32,142 bases of DNA from Euryarchaeota archaeon UBA596. Lineage in GTDB: Archaea; Thermoplasmatota; Poseidoniia; Poseidoniales; Poseidoniaceae. Positions 8,580 to 17,641 of this stretch are shown here, one piece after another. The position numbers were made by a program, and so were the translations under genes. The stretch is from assembly GCA_002498205.1 (NCBI GenBank), contig DAGQ01000056.1:1-32142 (forward strand), in the 5' to 3' direction. Position 1 is the stretch's first letter, and each line of letters opens with the position of its first letter. The notes under the pieces are model-generated. The model ran no database searches and was not told where the DNA came from. It saw only the letters and a program-made list of their open reading frames with translations.

Positions 8580-9359
8580 ATGCCAGTGGAACTTGAGCCC
8601 ATTTCAGATAAAACAATACTAGTTACTTTAACTGACGAATCAGCAACAAATGCATTCGATCCAGACTTTATGTCCGAATTAGATTTAAAATTAAGACAAA
8701 TAATTGAGGATGATAAAATCCATTCATTTATTTTGACAGGAACTGAAAAATTTTTTTGTGCTGGTGCTAATATTAATGAATTCAGAAAACATTATGATAA
8801 AGGAACAATTGGTAAATGGATTAAAAAAATGACTGATATTTTACATCCTTTAATATTAAAAATTAGGAATAGCGATACAATAATGATTGCTGCAGTAAAT
8901 GGTGCAGCCGCAGGAGCTGGCTTGGGATTAGCACTTTCTGCAGATTATCGTATTGCATCTCCTGGAGGTAAATTTGCAGCATCATATTTTTCTTTAGGCT
9001 TATCTCCTGATGGCGGTACTAGTTGGTTATTACCAAGATTAGTAGGTTCACAAAAATCTAGGATCTTTTTCTTTGAGAATCAAGTTTGGTCAGCAGAAAA
9101 GTGTTTAGAGTACGGAGCGGTTGATGAATTGGTAGATGATGCCTCTTTAATTGAAAAATCGATTAAAAAAGCTAATGAATGGGGGAGTTGGTCAAAAGCA
9201 AGTCGTTCTAGTAAAGATTTACTGGATCATCAAGAGAACAATAATTTAGAATCACATTTAAAATTAGAACAAAGAAGAATTATTGATGCTGGTTTTACTC
9301 CTGAATTTTCAGAAGGTATCAATGCATTTTTAGAGAAAAGAAAAGCAGATTTTAATTAA
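8580..9359 (+). CDS. Enoyl-CoA hydratase/isomerase (crotonase) family protein
   Basis: FFCAGANINEF and NGAAAGAGLGLALSADYRIAS are crotonase oxyanion-hole motifs. The N-terminal 28 aa of the ORF-track call (from 8496) look non-coding. Confidence 0.85.
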   Translation: MPVELEPISDKTILVTLTDESATNAFDPDFMSELDLKLRQIIEDDKIHSFILTGTEKFFCAGANINEFRKHYDKGTIGKWIKKMTDILHPLILKIRNSDTIMIAAVNGAAAGAGLGLALSADYRIASPGGKFAASYFSLGLSPDGGTSWLLPRLVGSQKSRIFFFENQVWSAEKCLEYGAVDELVDDASLIEKSIKKANEWGSWSKASRSSKDLLDHQENNNLESHLKLEQRRIIDAGFTPEFSEGINAFLEKRKADFN

Positions 9360-10528
9360 ATTAAAGTAGCATTATTTTGAATATTCATTTCTTTAATCAA
9401 TTTTTTGAATTCTAATCTGACAATTGCTATGTTACTCTTCACCTCTTTAATTTTTAATTTCATAGTAATTCTATTTTGACGCCATGTTTCTTTGATTAAC
9501 ATTTTTCTATTCTTTTTAGCATCTTTATATTCAATTCTTTTCTTTTTGAGGTCTTTTAATAAATTTCTAATTTGTCTTGTACAATTTTTTAATCTTTGAT
9601 TATAGTCTTCTTTTATTTTTAGATTTAGATTATTTTCTTTGTGTTCATAAGAAGTTTTCATTCTGGCATTTTCAATTGACCATGAAGGGACTTTATGCAA
9701 GTTTTTTGTAATTTTTATGAATGAAAATACCCTTATCCACCATTTTGTTGGATCCCAATGGTACCATTTGTGTCCATTTCGATAATCTGTTTGAAATGTA
9801 TGATGGAAATTATGATATCCTTCACCAAATGTCAGTAAAGATAGAATTGGAGAATCTCTAGATGTATTTTTTGTGGAGTAGTTTTGCTTACCCCAATAGT
9901 GTGCCCCTGAATTAATTAAGAAAGTTCCATGATGAACCATTACAAGACGTACTAATCCTCCCCAAATAAATCCTCCAAAGAAACCTGTTAAACCCCCTAT
10001 TAGAAGCATTCCTATTAATCCCGGAAATATTATCCCAGCAAAACCACCAATTTTGAAAATATGCTTATCTTGCCATGCGAGAATTGGGTCTTCTTGTAAA
10101 TCTTTTACATGTTCGATTTTCTCTTCATCTTCAGAAACCATAACCCATCCCATATGGGCCCAAAAAAACCCCCTTACAATTGAGTATGGATCTTCCTCAG
10201 TATCAGTCTTTAGATGGTGTCTTCTATGATCACTGCACCATTTAATTACTGAATTTTGAAAGGCGGCAGCCCCAAAAATAGCATAAAATAATCTTAAAGG
10301 CCATGATGCAGAATAAGATCTGTGACTAAATAATCTGTGATATCCTGCAGTTATTGAGATTCCACTGACGACATACATAAAAAATAGAATGCCGATTTCA
10401 AAAAAAGAGATTCCAAAATTAACTGTGTACCAATACACACCAATAATTGCCAGAATTGGAGTTCCACATAAAAATGAAGCATTTAAGAGATCTAACTTCC
10501 ACTCCGGCTTATTTGAAACCTCACTCAT
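9356..10528 (-). CDS. Membrane acyl-CoA (delta-9-type) fatty-acid desaturase with a Lys-rich C-terminal coiled-coil extension
   Basis: Three His boxes: HRLFSH, HRRHH, HNFHH. Four hydrophobic segments. Confidence 0.88.
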   Translation of the reverse strand: MSEVSNKPEWKLDLLNASFLCGTPILAIIGVYWYTVNFGISFFEIGILFFMYVVSGISITAGYHRLFSHRSYSASWPLRLFYAIFGAAAFQNSVIKWCSDHRRHHLKTDTEEDPYSIVRGFFWAHMGWVMVSEDEEKIEHVKDLQEDPILAWQDKHIFKIGGFAGIIFPGLIGMLLIGGLTGFFGGFIWGGLVRLVMVHHGTFLINSGAHYWGKQNYSTKNTSRDSPILSLLTFGEGYHNFHHTFQTDYRNGHKWYHWDPTKWWIRVFSFIKITKNLHKVPSWSIENARMKTSYEHKENNLNLKIKEDYNQRLKNCTRQIRNLLKDLKKKRIEYKDAKKNRKMLIKETWRQNRITMKLKIKEVKSNIAIVRLEFKKLIKEMNIQNNATLI

Positions 10529-10636
10529 AATTGTTGCTCATGCCTTACCGTTATTGACTTTGTCGGATTTCCAACATATTTTTTGATAATTTCCAATGAT
10601 TTTAAATTAGAGGGTTTTCTCAAAATATTGAAGCCA

Positions 10637-10738
10637 ATGGATAATATAATTTCTATTTGTAGAAAATGCGGTTTTACAATTGGTATTTTTGTACCAGGAA
10701 TGGAATGTCCTGAATGTGGTGAGTTAATATTTCCTTAA
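10637..10738 (+). CDS. Small (33 aa) zinc-ribbon protein candidate, absent from the ORF track
   Basis: My translation is MDNIISICRKCGFTIGIFVPGMECPECGELIFP, with CxxC...CxxC. Its stop overlaps the convergent stop of the dehydrogenase gene. No convincing SD. Confidence 0.35.
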   Translation: MDNIISICRKCGFTIGIFVPGMECPECGELIFP

Positions 10739-11643
10739 TTTAATGGCAAATCATCTCTTTCAGATTTTTGATTATTTATCCAATTGTAAATACCTTTATC
10801 GGTTTTTTTTCCTAATTCTCCTTTCTCAACTAATTTCTCTAATAATGGATGTGGTAAATAAGAAGAATCTCCAGTGGCTTCAGCAAGACCGAGTAATATA
10901 TCTCTTCTAACATCTAAACCCACTAAATCTGAAAGCTCTAGTGGCCCCATTGGATGTCTATATCCTAAATTCATAGCATAATCAATATCTGATGCACTAG
11001 CAACTCCTTCTGCAAGCATTCTAATCGCTTCATTCCCTAAGACTACACCTAATCTAGAGGTGGCAAACCCGGGACTATCTTTTACCACAATTGCAGTTTT
11101 ATTCATTGAACTTGCAATGTTTTTTGTAATTTCAACTATTTCATTTGATATTTCATCATGCTTAATAATTTCAAGTAATTTCATTAAAGGAACAGGGTTA
11201 AAAAAATGCATTCCAATAACTCTTTTTGGGTTTTTTGTCGATTTAGCAATTTTTGTAATTGAGAGACTAGATGTATTTGTCGCTAAAATACAATTAGGTT
11301 TAGTAAACTCATCAAGTTCTTGAAAAATCTTTATTTTTAAATCGATAATTTCGGGTACAGCTTCAATTACTAAATCAGCATCAGAAACTGCAGAAATTAA
11401 TTTATCAGATGTGTTCAAAAATGATGACCAAATTTCTTTTTGTTCTGTGGTTGTTTTCCCTTTACTAATTCCTTTATCCCAGAATGCATTAATTTTAGCA
11501 ATTCCATTTTTTATACTTTCTGGATATTTATCAAAAAGAATAGTTTCAAATCCACTCTCACAACAAACCTGAGCAATTCCTGCACCCATTGTCCCAGAAC
11601 CAATTACTGTAATTTTTCTTATTTCCAAATTATCACAAACCAT
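10735..11643 (-). CDS. 3-hydroxyacyl-CoA dehydrogenase (NAD-binding, HBD/PaaH-like)
   Basis: KITVIGSGTMGAGIAQ Rossmann motif, NTSSLSIT, and the C-terminal dimerisation domain (GFATSRL...GYRHPMGPLELSDLVGLD). Confidence 0.9.
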   Translation of the reverse strand: MVCDNLEIRKITVIGSGTMGAGIAQVCCESGFETILFDKYPESIKNGIAKINAFWDKGISKGKTTTEQKEIWSSFLNTSDKLISAVSDADLVIEAVPEIIDLKIKIFQELDEFTKPNCILATNTSSLSITKIAKSTKNPKRVIGMHFFNPVPLMKLLEIIKHDEISNEIVEITKNIASSMNKTAIVVKDSPGFATSRLGVVLGNEAIRMLAEGVASASDIDYAMNLGYRHPMGPLELSDLVGLDVRRDILLGLAEATGDSSYLPHPLLEKLVEKGELGKKTDKGIYNWINNQKSERDDLPLN

Positions 11644-11650
11644 GTCTAAC

Positions 11651-12211
11651 TTAAGGTTTTTTCATTTTTTGAGAATACCATTCTACTAATCCTAATTGTA
11701 ATAATCTTTGTCGAGGTAGAGCATATTCAGGTAAAGCCTCGGCTGGTGCATACAGCTTTAACCCCTCAATTACTGATACATATTTCGAATAGCAAGTCAA
11801 ATCATTTGGATCATAAGGAACATTCAAATTCATTAATTCTAAAGCTAAACATGCTTTTTCATCATAAATAGGATGAATATTTTTTAGAAAATGAAGCCAA
11901 TTTGATAATACGATACAATCTACATTCTCAATAGAAAGTAGATTTTCTATCATTGAAATATCGGGATATTTAGTGATTTCTAATGTTGAAATAATTTCCT
12001 GATTAATTTCATCATCCCAATCTTGTTCTTTAAATCCAATATATTCATTGATTTTTTTAATTTGATTATATCCATTTAGTTCCAAGGTATCATAAAGCAT
12101 TCTTTCATAGTTTGGATCTTCAATTTCAGAAATCTCTAATAATTCTGGCAATAAATTGAAAAAATCATTACATTCATTCGTATCAATCCCAAATAAGGAA
12201 GTAGGAATCAA
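11651..12211 (-). CDS. Acidic hypothetical protein (186 aa) embedded in the CoA-thioester cluster
   Basis: TTG start with a GGTGA SD 6 nt upstream. 14-nt gap to the upstream gene and 7 nt to the downstream gene. No motif I recognise. Confidence 0.6.
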   Translation of the reverse strand: MIPTSLFGIDTNECNDFFNLLPELLEISEIEDPNYERMLYDTLELNGYNQIKKINEYIGFKEQDWDDEINQEIISTLEITKYPDISMIENLLSIENVDCIVLSNWLHFLKNIHPIYDEKACLALELMNLNVPYDPNDLTCYSKYVSVIEGLKLYAPAEALPEYALPRQRLLQLGLVEWYSQKMKKP

Positions 12212-12217
12212 TTAGAT

Positions 12218-12222
12218 TCACC
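12218..12222 (-). promoter_or_regulatory. Shine-Dalgarno site serving a TTG start
   Basis: Minus-strand GGTGA lies 6 nt before TTG (12211..12209). Confidence 0.5.
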
Positions 12223-12225
12223 ATC

Positions 12226-13389
12226 TTATTGTAATTGGCCGATTCCAGAATCAATCATTCTTTGCGTAACAGCTCTATGTTCTATCCATTCTTTTTTGAA
12301 TAATTCTTTCAGATTTTCTTCATCTTCATCAGTAGGAAGGAATTTATTACAATATTCTTCATAACTTCCATCATCTTCTCCCCATTCATCTCCTTCTACA
12401 GTATATTGTTTACCAGCATAAGTTCCAATATTTCTATTGAATTTTTCATCTGCGACATAAAATGGAGTTTCATCTTCTAAAATTAGTTTGTTGAATTTCT
12501 CTTCAACTTCACGTACAATCTCATCATGATAATGTCCTCTAGATTCTTCATTGAGTTTTTCTTTATTTACTTCTTGATCTTTTTTAAGTTTCTTTCTCTC
12601 GTCCCATCTTCCTTTAATTCCCCATACGTATGCCCATTCAGCACTAGAAGAATTGTCAGTTCCGAATAAATCATGGGCCGTTGAAACCCATTTATTCATG
12701 TATCTTTGTAGTAAATCTCTAGGGATTACATTTGCTTTAATTATTCTACGCAATCCATTTGCTCCAGTTCCAAGGTGGAAAGCTTCTTCTTTCAACATCG
12801 GTCCCATACTTGCAGCTAATGGCTTGAAACTAGATGTTGACAACATTCCTAATTGGAATTTACCGTCCCTATCTACAAACATAGTATAACAGAAAAAGTC
12901 TAACCAATGATCCATTGGTTCATTAAATGCTCCAAGAAGTCTGCTTCCTGTTTGTGCATTTCTTTCAAGTAGTTTTTGTGCTTCACGTGCACCTTGTTTT
13001 CCAAAATAAGTCATTAACAAATAACACATTTGCCATCCATGGCGTTGTTCTTCAACCATAATTCTAGCAGCTGCATATCTGTCATAATCAGTAGGTGCTG
13101 ATTCTAACAAATGTTTTTGTTGTTCTACAGATGCAAATTCTGTATCTCCTTGGACAGTAATCATTGATAATAATGAGTCACGAATATTTTGGTGAGGTAT
13201 TTGTAAGGACCTTTCCCATTTTGGCCTCCCTGCATAATCGCCAAATTCAATTACTTCTCCAGCTCTTTCCCAGTCGAAAAGAGGTTTTAATTCAAAATCA
13301 CCAGCCCACTTTGCATCAAAGCCAACATTCTCTCTCCATAGTTCAAAATTTGCTACCCATTCGTCAAAAGTGGTTGGTAGTTTCCCCAT
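12226..13389 (-). CDS. Diiron-carboxylate oxygenase, BoxB-like (benzoyl-CoA 2,3-epoxidase family), shortened
   Basis: ITVQGDTEFASVEQQKH, VEEQRHGW, FVDRDGKFQLG and KEEAFHLG. The two ExxH motifs are about 88 residues apart by my count. ATG 13389 has a GTGGT SD; the ORF-track GTG at 13398 is less likely. Confidence 0.7.
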   Translation of the reverse strand: MGKLPTTFDEWVANFELWRENVGFDAKWAGDFELKPLFDWERAGEVIEFGDYAGRPKWERSLQIPHQNIRDSLLSMITVQGDTEFASVEQQKHLLESAPTDYDRYAAARIMVEEQRHGWQMCYLLMTYFGKQGAREAQKLLERNAQTGSRLLGAFNEPMDHWLDFFCYTMFVDRDGKFQLGMLSTSSFKPLAASMGPMLKEEAFHLGTGANGLRRIIKANVIPRDLLQRYMNKWVSTAHDLFGTDNSSSAEWAYVWGIKGRWDERKKLKKDQEVNKEKLNEESRGHYHDEIVREVEEKFNKLILEDETPFYVADEKFNRNIGTYAGKQYTVEGDEWGEDDGSYEEYCNKFLPTDEDEENLKELFKKEWIEHRAVTQRMIDSGIGQLQ

Positions 13390-13450
13390 GAGGACCACGT
13401 GTGAGTAAACGTATTTGAGTTTGTGTATTAGAGAATTTAATTATTACAAA

Positions 13451-14302
13451 TCATTCTCCAGTGAAGTTAGCTACTTTTTTATTCACATAAGCAGCAATTC
13501 CTTCTTTAGCATCATTAGACTGGAATAGATCTGATTGTAATTCACGTTCTAGTGCAAGATGGTATTCAAGCGGTAATTCAATTCCACTTTGTACACTTCT
13601 TTTGATATTTCCAACAGCTTTAACTGCTTTATTTGGTAAAGTAAATTGACCTGCCCAATCTAAAACATCTCTTCTAAAATCTCCAGCATCACTATCAAAA
13701 ATTTGGTTAACTAAATTCATATCATCTCCATCTTCAAATGAGATTAATTCTCCAGTAACCATTAACTCTAATGCTTTTGCTTTTCCAATAAGTCTCGTTA
13801 ACCTGGCTGTACCGCCTGTTCCTGCTAATACACCTAGGTTAATTTCTGGTAATCCTAATTTCCCTGCATTTTTTCTTGCGATTCTCATATCCGCCGCCAT
13901 TGCAATTTCCAAACCACCACCAACGGTATGGCCGTTTAATGCTGCAATTACTAATTTTGGAGTTTGTTCAAGGCGTGATAGAGTTTCATTTGCATGTAAA
14001 CAAAAGAAATATTTATAACGCGGAGAAAGACTATTTAGATAATTGATACTTGCACCAGCAGAAAAGAAATTATTTCCTTTTCCAGTAACTAAAATCACAG
14101 TTACTTTGTCGTCAAAACGTGCATTTAGAATTGCGGTATCTATATCTTCCCACATTTCACGAGTATATGTGTTTACAGGGGTTTTTCCGTCAGTCAGTGG
14201 TTTACCATCAGAATCTGAGGACAGTTCAATTATAGCGATTCCATTTTCGGTTACACCATAATTCACAAGGTTGTTAGGCATGGCTTCTAATTCAAGGCTC
14301 AT
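13451..14302 (-). CDS. Crotonase-family protein, resembling the N-terminal half of BoxC-type enzymes
   Basis: FFSAGASINYL and NGHTVGGGLEIAMAADMRIA crotonase motifs, plus LPEINLGVLAGTGGTARL. ATG 14302 has a GGTGGG SD 7 nt upstream; the ORF-track TTG at 14332 overlaps the upstream gene. Confidence 0.8.
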   Translation of the reverse strand: MSLELEAMPNNLVNYGVTENGIAIIELSSDSDGKPLTDGKTPVNTYTREMWEDIDTAILNARFDDKVTVILVTGKGNNFFSAGASINYLNSLSPRYKYFFCLHANETLSRLEQTPKLVIAALNGHTVGGGLEIAMAADMRIARKNAGKLGLPEINLGVLAGTGGTARLTRLIGKAKALELMVTGELISFEDGDDMNLVNQIFDSDAGDFRRDVLDWAGQFTLPNKAVKAVGNIKRSVQSGIELPLEYHLALERELQSDLFQSNDAKEGIAAYVNKKVANFTGE

Positions 14303-14328
14303 GTTCAGGCCCACCAGTAACCAGTTCT

Positions 14329-15600
14329 TCAATCACTCGCTTCTAGCATCTCTGGGATTGTTTCAGAATCTGAGTCTTTGGAGAAACTAATTTTTCCACC
14401 TTTTCTTTTAATCAGTTCCCATTCTTTCCCAATTTCTACAGCTCTTTCACTAGGGCTCCAAACATCTCTTTTTAGAGCATCCCTAAATGGCATTCTTCTC
14501 ATTTTTCTCCCATCTTTGGTAATTGTTTTTTTCAACATACCTAAATTAGCAAAGAAAAAAACTAATCTTCTAAAAATACCCCATTTGTAGATTTTTTCCA
14601 TAAAAAGTAAACCATCTCCATGCTTTTTTTGATGCTTCATCCAATATTTTGCAACTTGTTTAAATCCTCTATCGCCAATTCTATTCATAAGAAAACGATT
14701 AACAACAGATGTTTTTAATTTTGGTAATAATTTAGATTTGATTTCTAATTCATAATCTGTTTCTCCAAGAATGTCTTTGGCTGCATATACTCCACTGGTT
14801 ATGGCATATCTCATTCCAAAACCCCACATGAAATCTTGCAAACCTCCTGCTTCACCAACATAATATCGGCCATCAGATTTGTATGATGAATGAATTGCAA
14901 AATCTCCTTTTCCACCAACTCTTTTGATCGGAACTCTATCTAGTTCTGGATATTTCTTTTCATACCAATTTATTGTTTCATTTAGAAAACGATCTGATTT
15001 TGATTGTTGACGCCATAAACATGTACAAATCAGACCTATACCATCAATTACGATAAGATATGAGTATGCACCTGGAGCCAATTTATCATTTAGTTGAAAT
15101 GTGACATGATTTGGAAAATTTGTTTTAAAAACCTCCCCATAAGCCACTGCAGATGTCTTTTTTGGACCCGCAGCAATGATATCACAGTCTTTAGGTTTAA
15201 TTCTTGATTTATATTTTATTTCCACTCCTTCTTTCAAAGCAAGGCGCTTAAGTCCTTGATCGATTGTATGTTCATCACTTCCGCGTTCAACAACTCGGAA
15301 TGCTACTCTTGAACTCCAAGGTTTAGTAATTTCGTCATCTGGATGAGCCAAATCAATTTCATGAAAATCTGTGGATTTAAATGCCTCAGGATCAATTCCC
15401 CATTCTCTCAATTCCTCAAAAAAATCTGTTCCTGTTGTCCAATTTTCCAAACCTTGAAAATCACCATCAAATCTAGCTCCAGAATTTTCTCTGATATCAT
15501 GAATGACAACTTTTTTTCCACCCTTTGCTAAAATTATTGATGCAGCAAGCCCGGAAAGACCTGCTCCCATAATTACAATCGGCTTTGAATCATTTGCCAT
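14329..15600 (-). CDS. FAD-dependent oxidoreductase (geranylgeranyl-reductase / aromatic-hydroxylase fold) with a basic C-terminal extension
   Basis: IVIMGAGLSGLAASIILAKGGKKVVIHD dinucleotide-binding motif and YYVGEAGG (GD-type motif). Confidence 0.75.
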   Translation of the reverse strand: MANDSKPIVIMGAGLSGLAASIILAKGGKKVVIHDIRENSGARFDGDFQGLENWTTGTDFFEELREWGIDPEAFKSTDFHEIDLAHPDDEITKPWSSRVAFRVVERGSDEHTIDQGLKRLALKEGVEIKYKSRIKPKDCDIIAAGPKKTSAVAYGEVFKTNFPNHVTFQLNDKLAPGAYSYLIVIDGIGLICTCLWRQQSKSDRFLNETINWYEKKYPELDRVPIKRVGGKGDFAIHSSYKSDGRYYVGEAGGLQDFMWGFGMRYAITSGVYAAKDILGETDYELEIKSKLLPKLKTSVVNRFLMNRIGDRGFKQVAKYWMKHQKKHGDGLLFMEKIYKWGIFRRLVFFFANLGMLKKTITKDGRKMRRMPFRDALKRDVWSPSERAVEIGKEWELIKRKGGKISFSKDSDSETIPEMLEASD

Positions 15601-15708
15601 TGTGGGGGCGAGTATTATTATTCGTTTGAAAGATTCGTTACTTTGATGAATTAGAATTTACCACAGTTCATATATTGTCAGTATTATTGCATTGAAATAG
15701 GTGACACA

Positions 15709-16131
15709 ATGAAAAACATCATCATCGAGATTTCAGAATCTGAACTTGATGCTGAATTATTGAAAAATAAATTAAATTTTGAAGGTTGTGGAGCAGTAGT
15801 TTCTTTTGTGGGAATAACTCGAGATTTAGAAGATGGAGAGCGTGTTTTACAATTAGAATTTGGTCTCTGGATTGAACAATTAAAACCCACCTTAAGTAGA
15901 ATTGCAGAAACAATTAAAGAAGAATTTGGGGTTAGTGGTATTGCTATTTCACATAGAGTTGGTACGGTTGGCCCTCAAGAAAATATCGTAGCAATTCATG
16001 TATGTTCAGCACATCGAAAAGAGGCATTTTTAGCTTGTAGTAAAATTATTGATGAACTTAAAATACAAGCACCATTGTGGAAGAAAGAAGTTACAGAGTC
16101 AGGGTCAAAATGGAAATCAGGGTTGGGTTAA
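15709..16131 (+). CDS. moaE: Molybdopterin synthase catalytic subunit
   Basis: GAVVSFVGITRD..., ISHRVGTVGPQENIVAIHVCSAHRKEAF and APLWKKE are collinear with MoaE. AGGTGA SD. Confidence 0.85.
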   Translation: MKNIIIEISESELDAELLKNKLNFEGCGAVVSFVGITRDLEDGERVLQLEFGLWIEQLKPTLSRIAETIKEEFGVSGIAISHRVGTVGPQENIVAIHVCSAHRKEAFLACSKIIDELKIQAPLWKKEVTESGSKWKSGLG

Positions 16132-16590
16132 ATGAGTAGAAATGAAGAAAATAAAATTGAAGCAATAATAGATGTAGGTGGAAAACCTATCGTACGAAGA
16201 GAGGCTATAGCTACAGGAACCGTATTTTTACAAGAAAAAACGATTTTGGCTATAGAAAATAATGAAATTTCTAAGGGTGATGTGTTAGAAGCATCAACTG
16301 TTGCGGTGATTCAAGCAGTAAAAGAAACACCCAGAATCATTCCACATTGTCATATTGTTCCAATAGAAAGTTGTAAAGTCGATTGGAGATTTGAAGGAAG
16401 AAACTTAAGGTGTACTGTTGAAGTTACAGCTCATTATCGAACTGGAGTAGAAATGGAGGCTTTAGTTGGTGTTTCTGCAGGATTATTGTGTGTTTTTGAT
16501 ATGGTTAAATCTTTTGAAAAAAATGAATTAGGGCAATATCCGGAAGCGCAGATTAATGAAATTAAAGTACTGAGTAAAAAAAAGGAATAA
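16132..16590 (+). CDS. moaC: Cyclic pyranopterin monophosphate synthase accessory protein
   Basis: KGDVLEASTVAVIQAVKET, IPHCH and TGVEMEALVGVS. The ATG directly abuts the moaE stop. Confidence 0.88.
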   Translation: MSRNEENKIEAIIDVGGKPIVRREAIATGTVFLQEKTILAIENNEISKGDVLEASTVAVIQAVKETPRIIPHCHIVPIESCKVDWRFEGRNLRCTVEVTAHYRTGVEMEALVGVSAGLLCVFDMVKSFEKNELGQYPEAQINEIKVLSKKKE

Positions 16591-16626
16591 AGCGAGTTTT
16601 GAAAACCTTCAACCTTTGCGCTATTC

Positions 16627-17574
16627 ATGGCCTTAGTTAGTGAACTGTCGAATTATTTCTTAGAAGCATGTGAACAAGCAGCTATAGCAAGTGCTGATTG
16701 GAGAGGTAAAGGAGATGGAAAAGCCGCCGATGCAGCGGCTGTAGAAGCTATGAGGAAGACCTTTGACAAAGTTCCATTCAACGGACGGGTTGCTATAGGC
16801 GAGGGTGAAAGAGATGAAGCCCCTATGTTGTGGATTGGAGAACCTTTAGGTTCAATGCAAGGAGATTTGGAAGCATTAGCTGTTGATATTGCAGTTGATC
16901 CATTAGAATGTACTACAAATTGTGCTACCGATTCACCAAATTCTATTTCTGTTTTAGCTGCAGCACCTAGAGGAACTTTGTTACATGCACCCGATTGTTA
17001 TATGGATAAAATTGCAGCTGGACCAGAATTAATTGGAGAAATCTCGTTAGAGGGTAGTGTGTCTTGGAACCTTGAACAAGCGGCTTCTAAATTAGATAAA
17101 CCAATTTCGGAATTGAATGTTGTTGCTTTAGATCGAGAAAGGCATACTCAACTGTTTAATGAAATAAATGGTGTAGGGGCTAAACTACATCTAATGTCAG
17201 ATGGTGATGTTTCAGCAGCACTTTGGGCGGCAGAACCCTCAGGGCCCTATGATTTATTGCTGGGAATCGGTGCTGCACCAGAAGGAGTAATTACTGCAAC
17301 GGCAATTGAGGGAATTGGTGGAGTATTTGAAGGACGTTTGAAGTTTAAAGATGCTGAAGAAGAAGAAAGAGCATCAAAAATGATAGATGATGATTTACAT
17401 AAAGTTTGGAAGTCCAATGAATTATGTAAGAGTAATGATGCATTATTTGTTGCTACAGGGGTTTGTACAGGTTATCTTCCAGGTGTGGAAAAGACAGAAA
17501 AAGGAATTAAAACTACTTCTCAAATTATCGATGTTTACAATAAAGATGTTAAATTAATTACTAATTTTCATTAA
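16627..17574 (+). CDS. glpX: Class II fructose-1,6-bisphosphatase
   Basis: WRGKGDGKAADAAAVEAMR, IGEGERDEAPML, VDPLECT and GIGAAPEGV are collinear with bacterial GlpX. Confidence 0.9.
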   Translation: MALVSELSNYFLEACEQAAIASADWRGKGDGKAADAAAVEAMRKTFDKVPFNGRVAIGEGERDEAPMLWIGEPLGSMQGDLEALAVDIAVDPLECTTNCATDSPNSISVLAAAPRGTLLHAPDCYMDKIAAGPELIGEISLEGSVSWNLEQAASKLDKPISELNVVALDRERHTQLFNEINGVGAKLHLMSDGDVSAALWAAEPSGPYDLLLGIGAAPEGVITATAIEGIGGVFEGRLKFKDAEEEERASKMIDDDLHKVWKSNELCKSNDALFVATGVCTGYLPGVEKTEKGIKTTSQIIDVYNKDVKLITNFH

Positions 17575-17641
17575 AAATATTAATTTTAGTCTTTGAATAA
17601 GATTATTAGAATAAAACAATTGAACGTTACAAGGGGATAAT

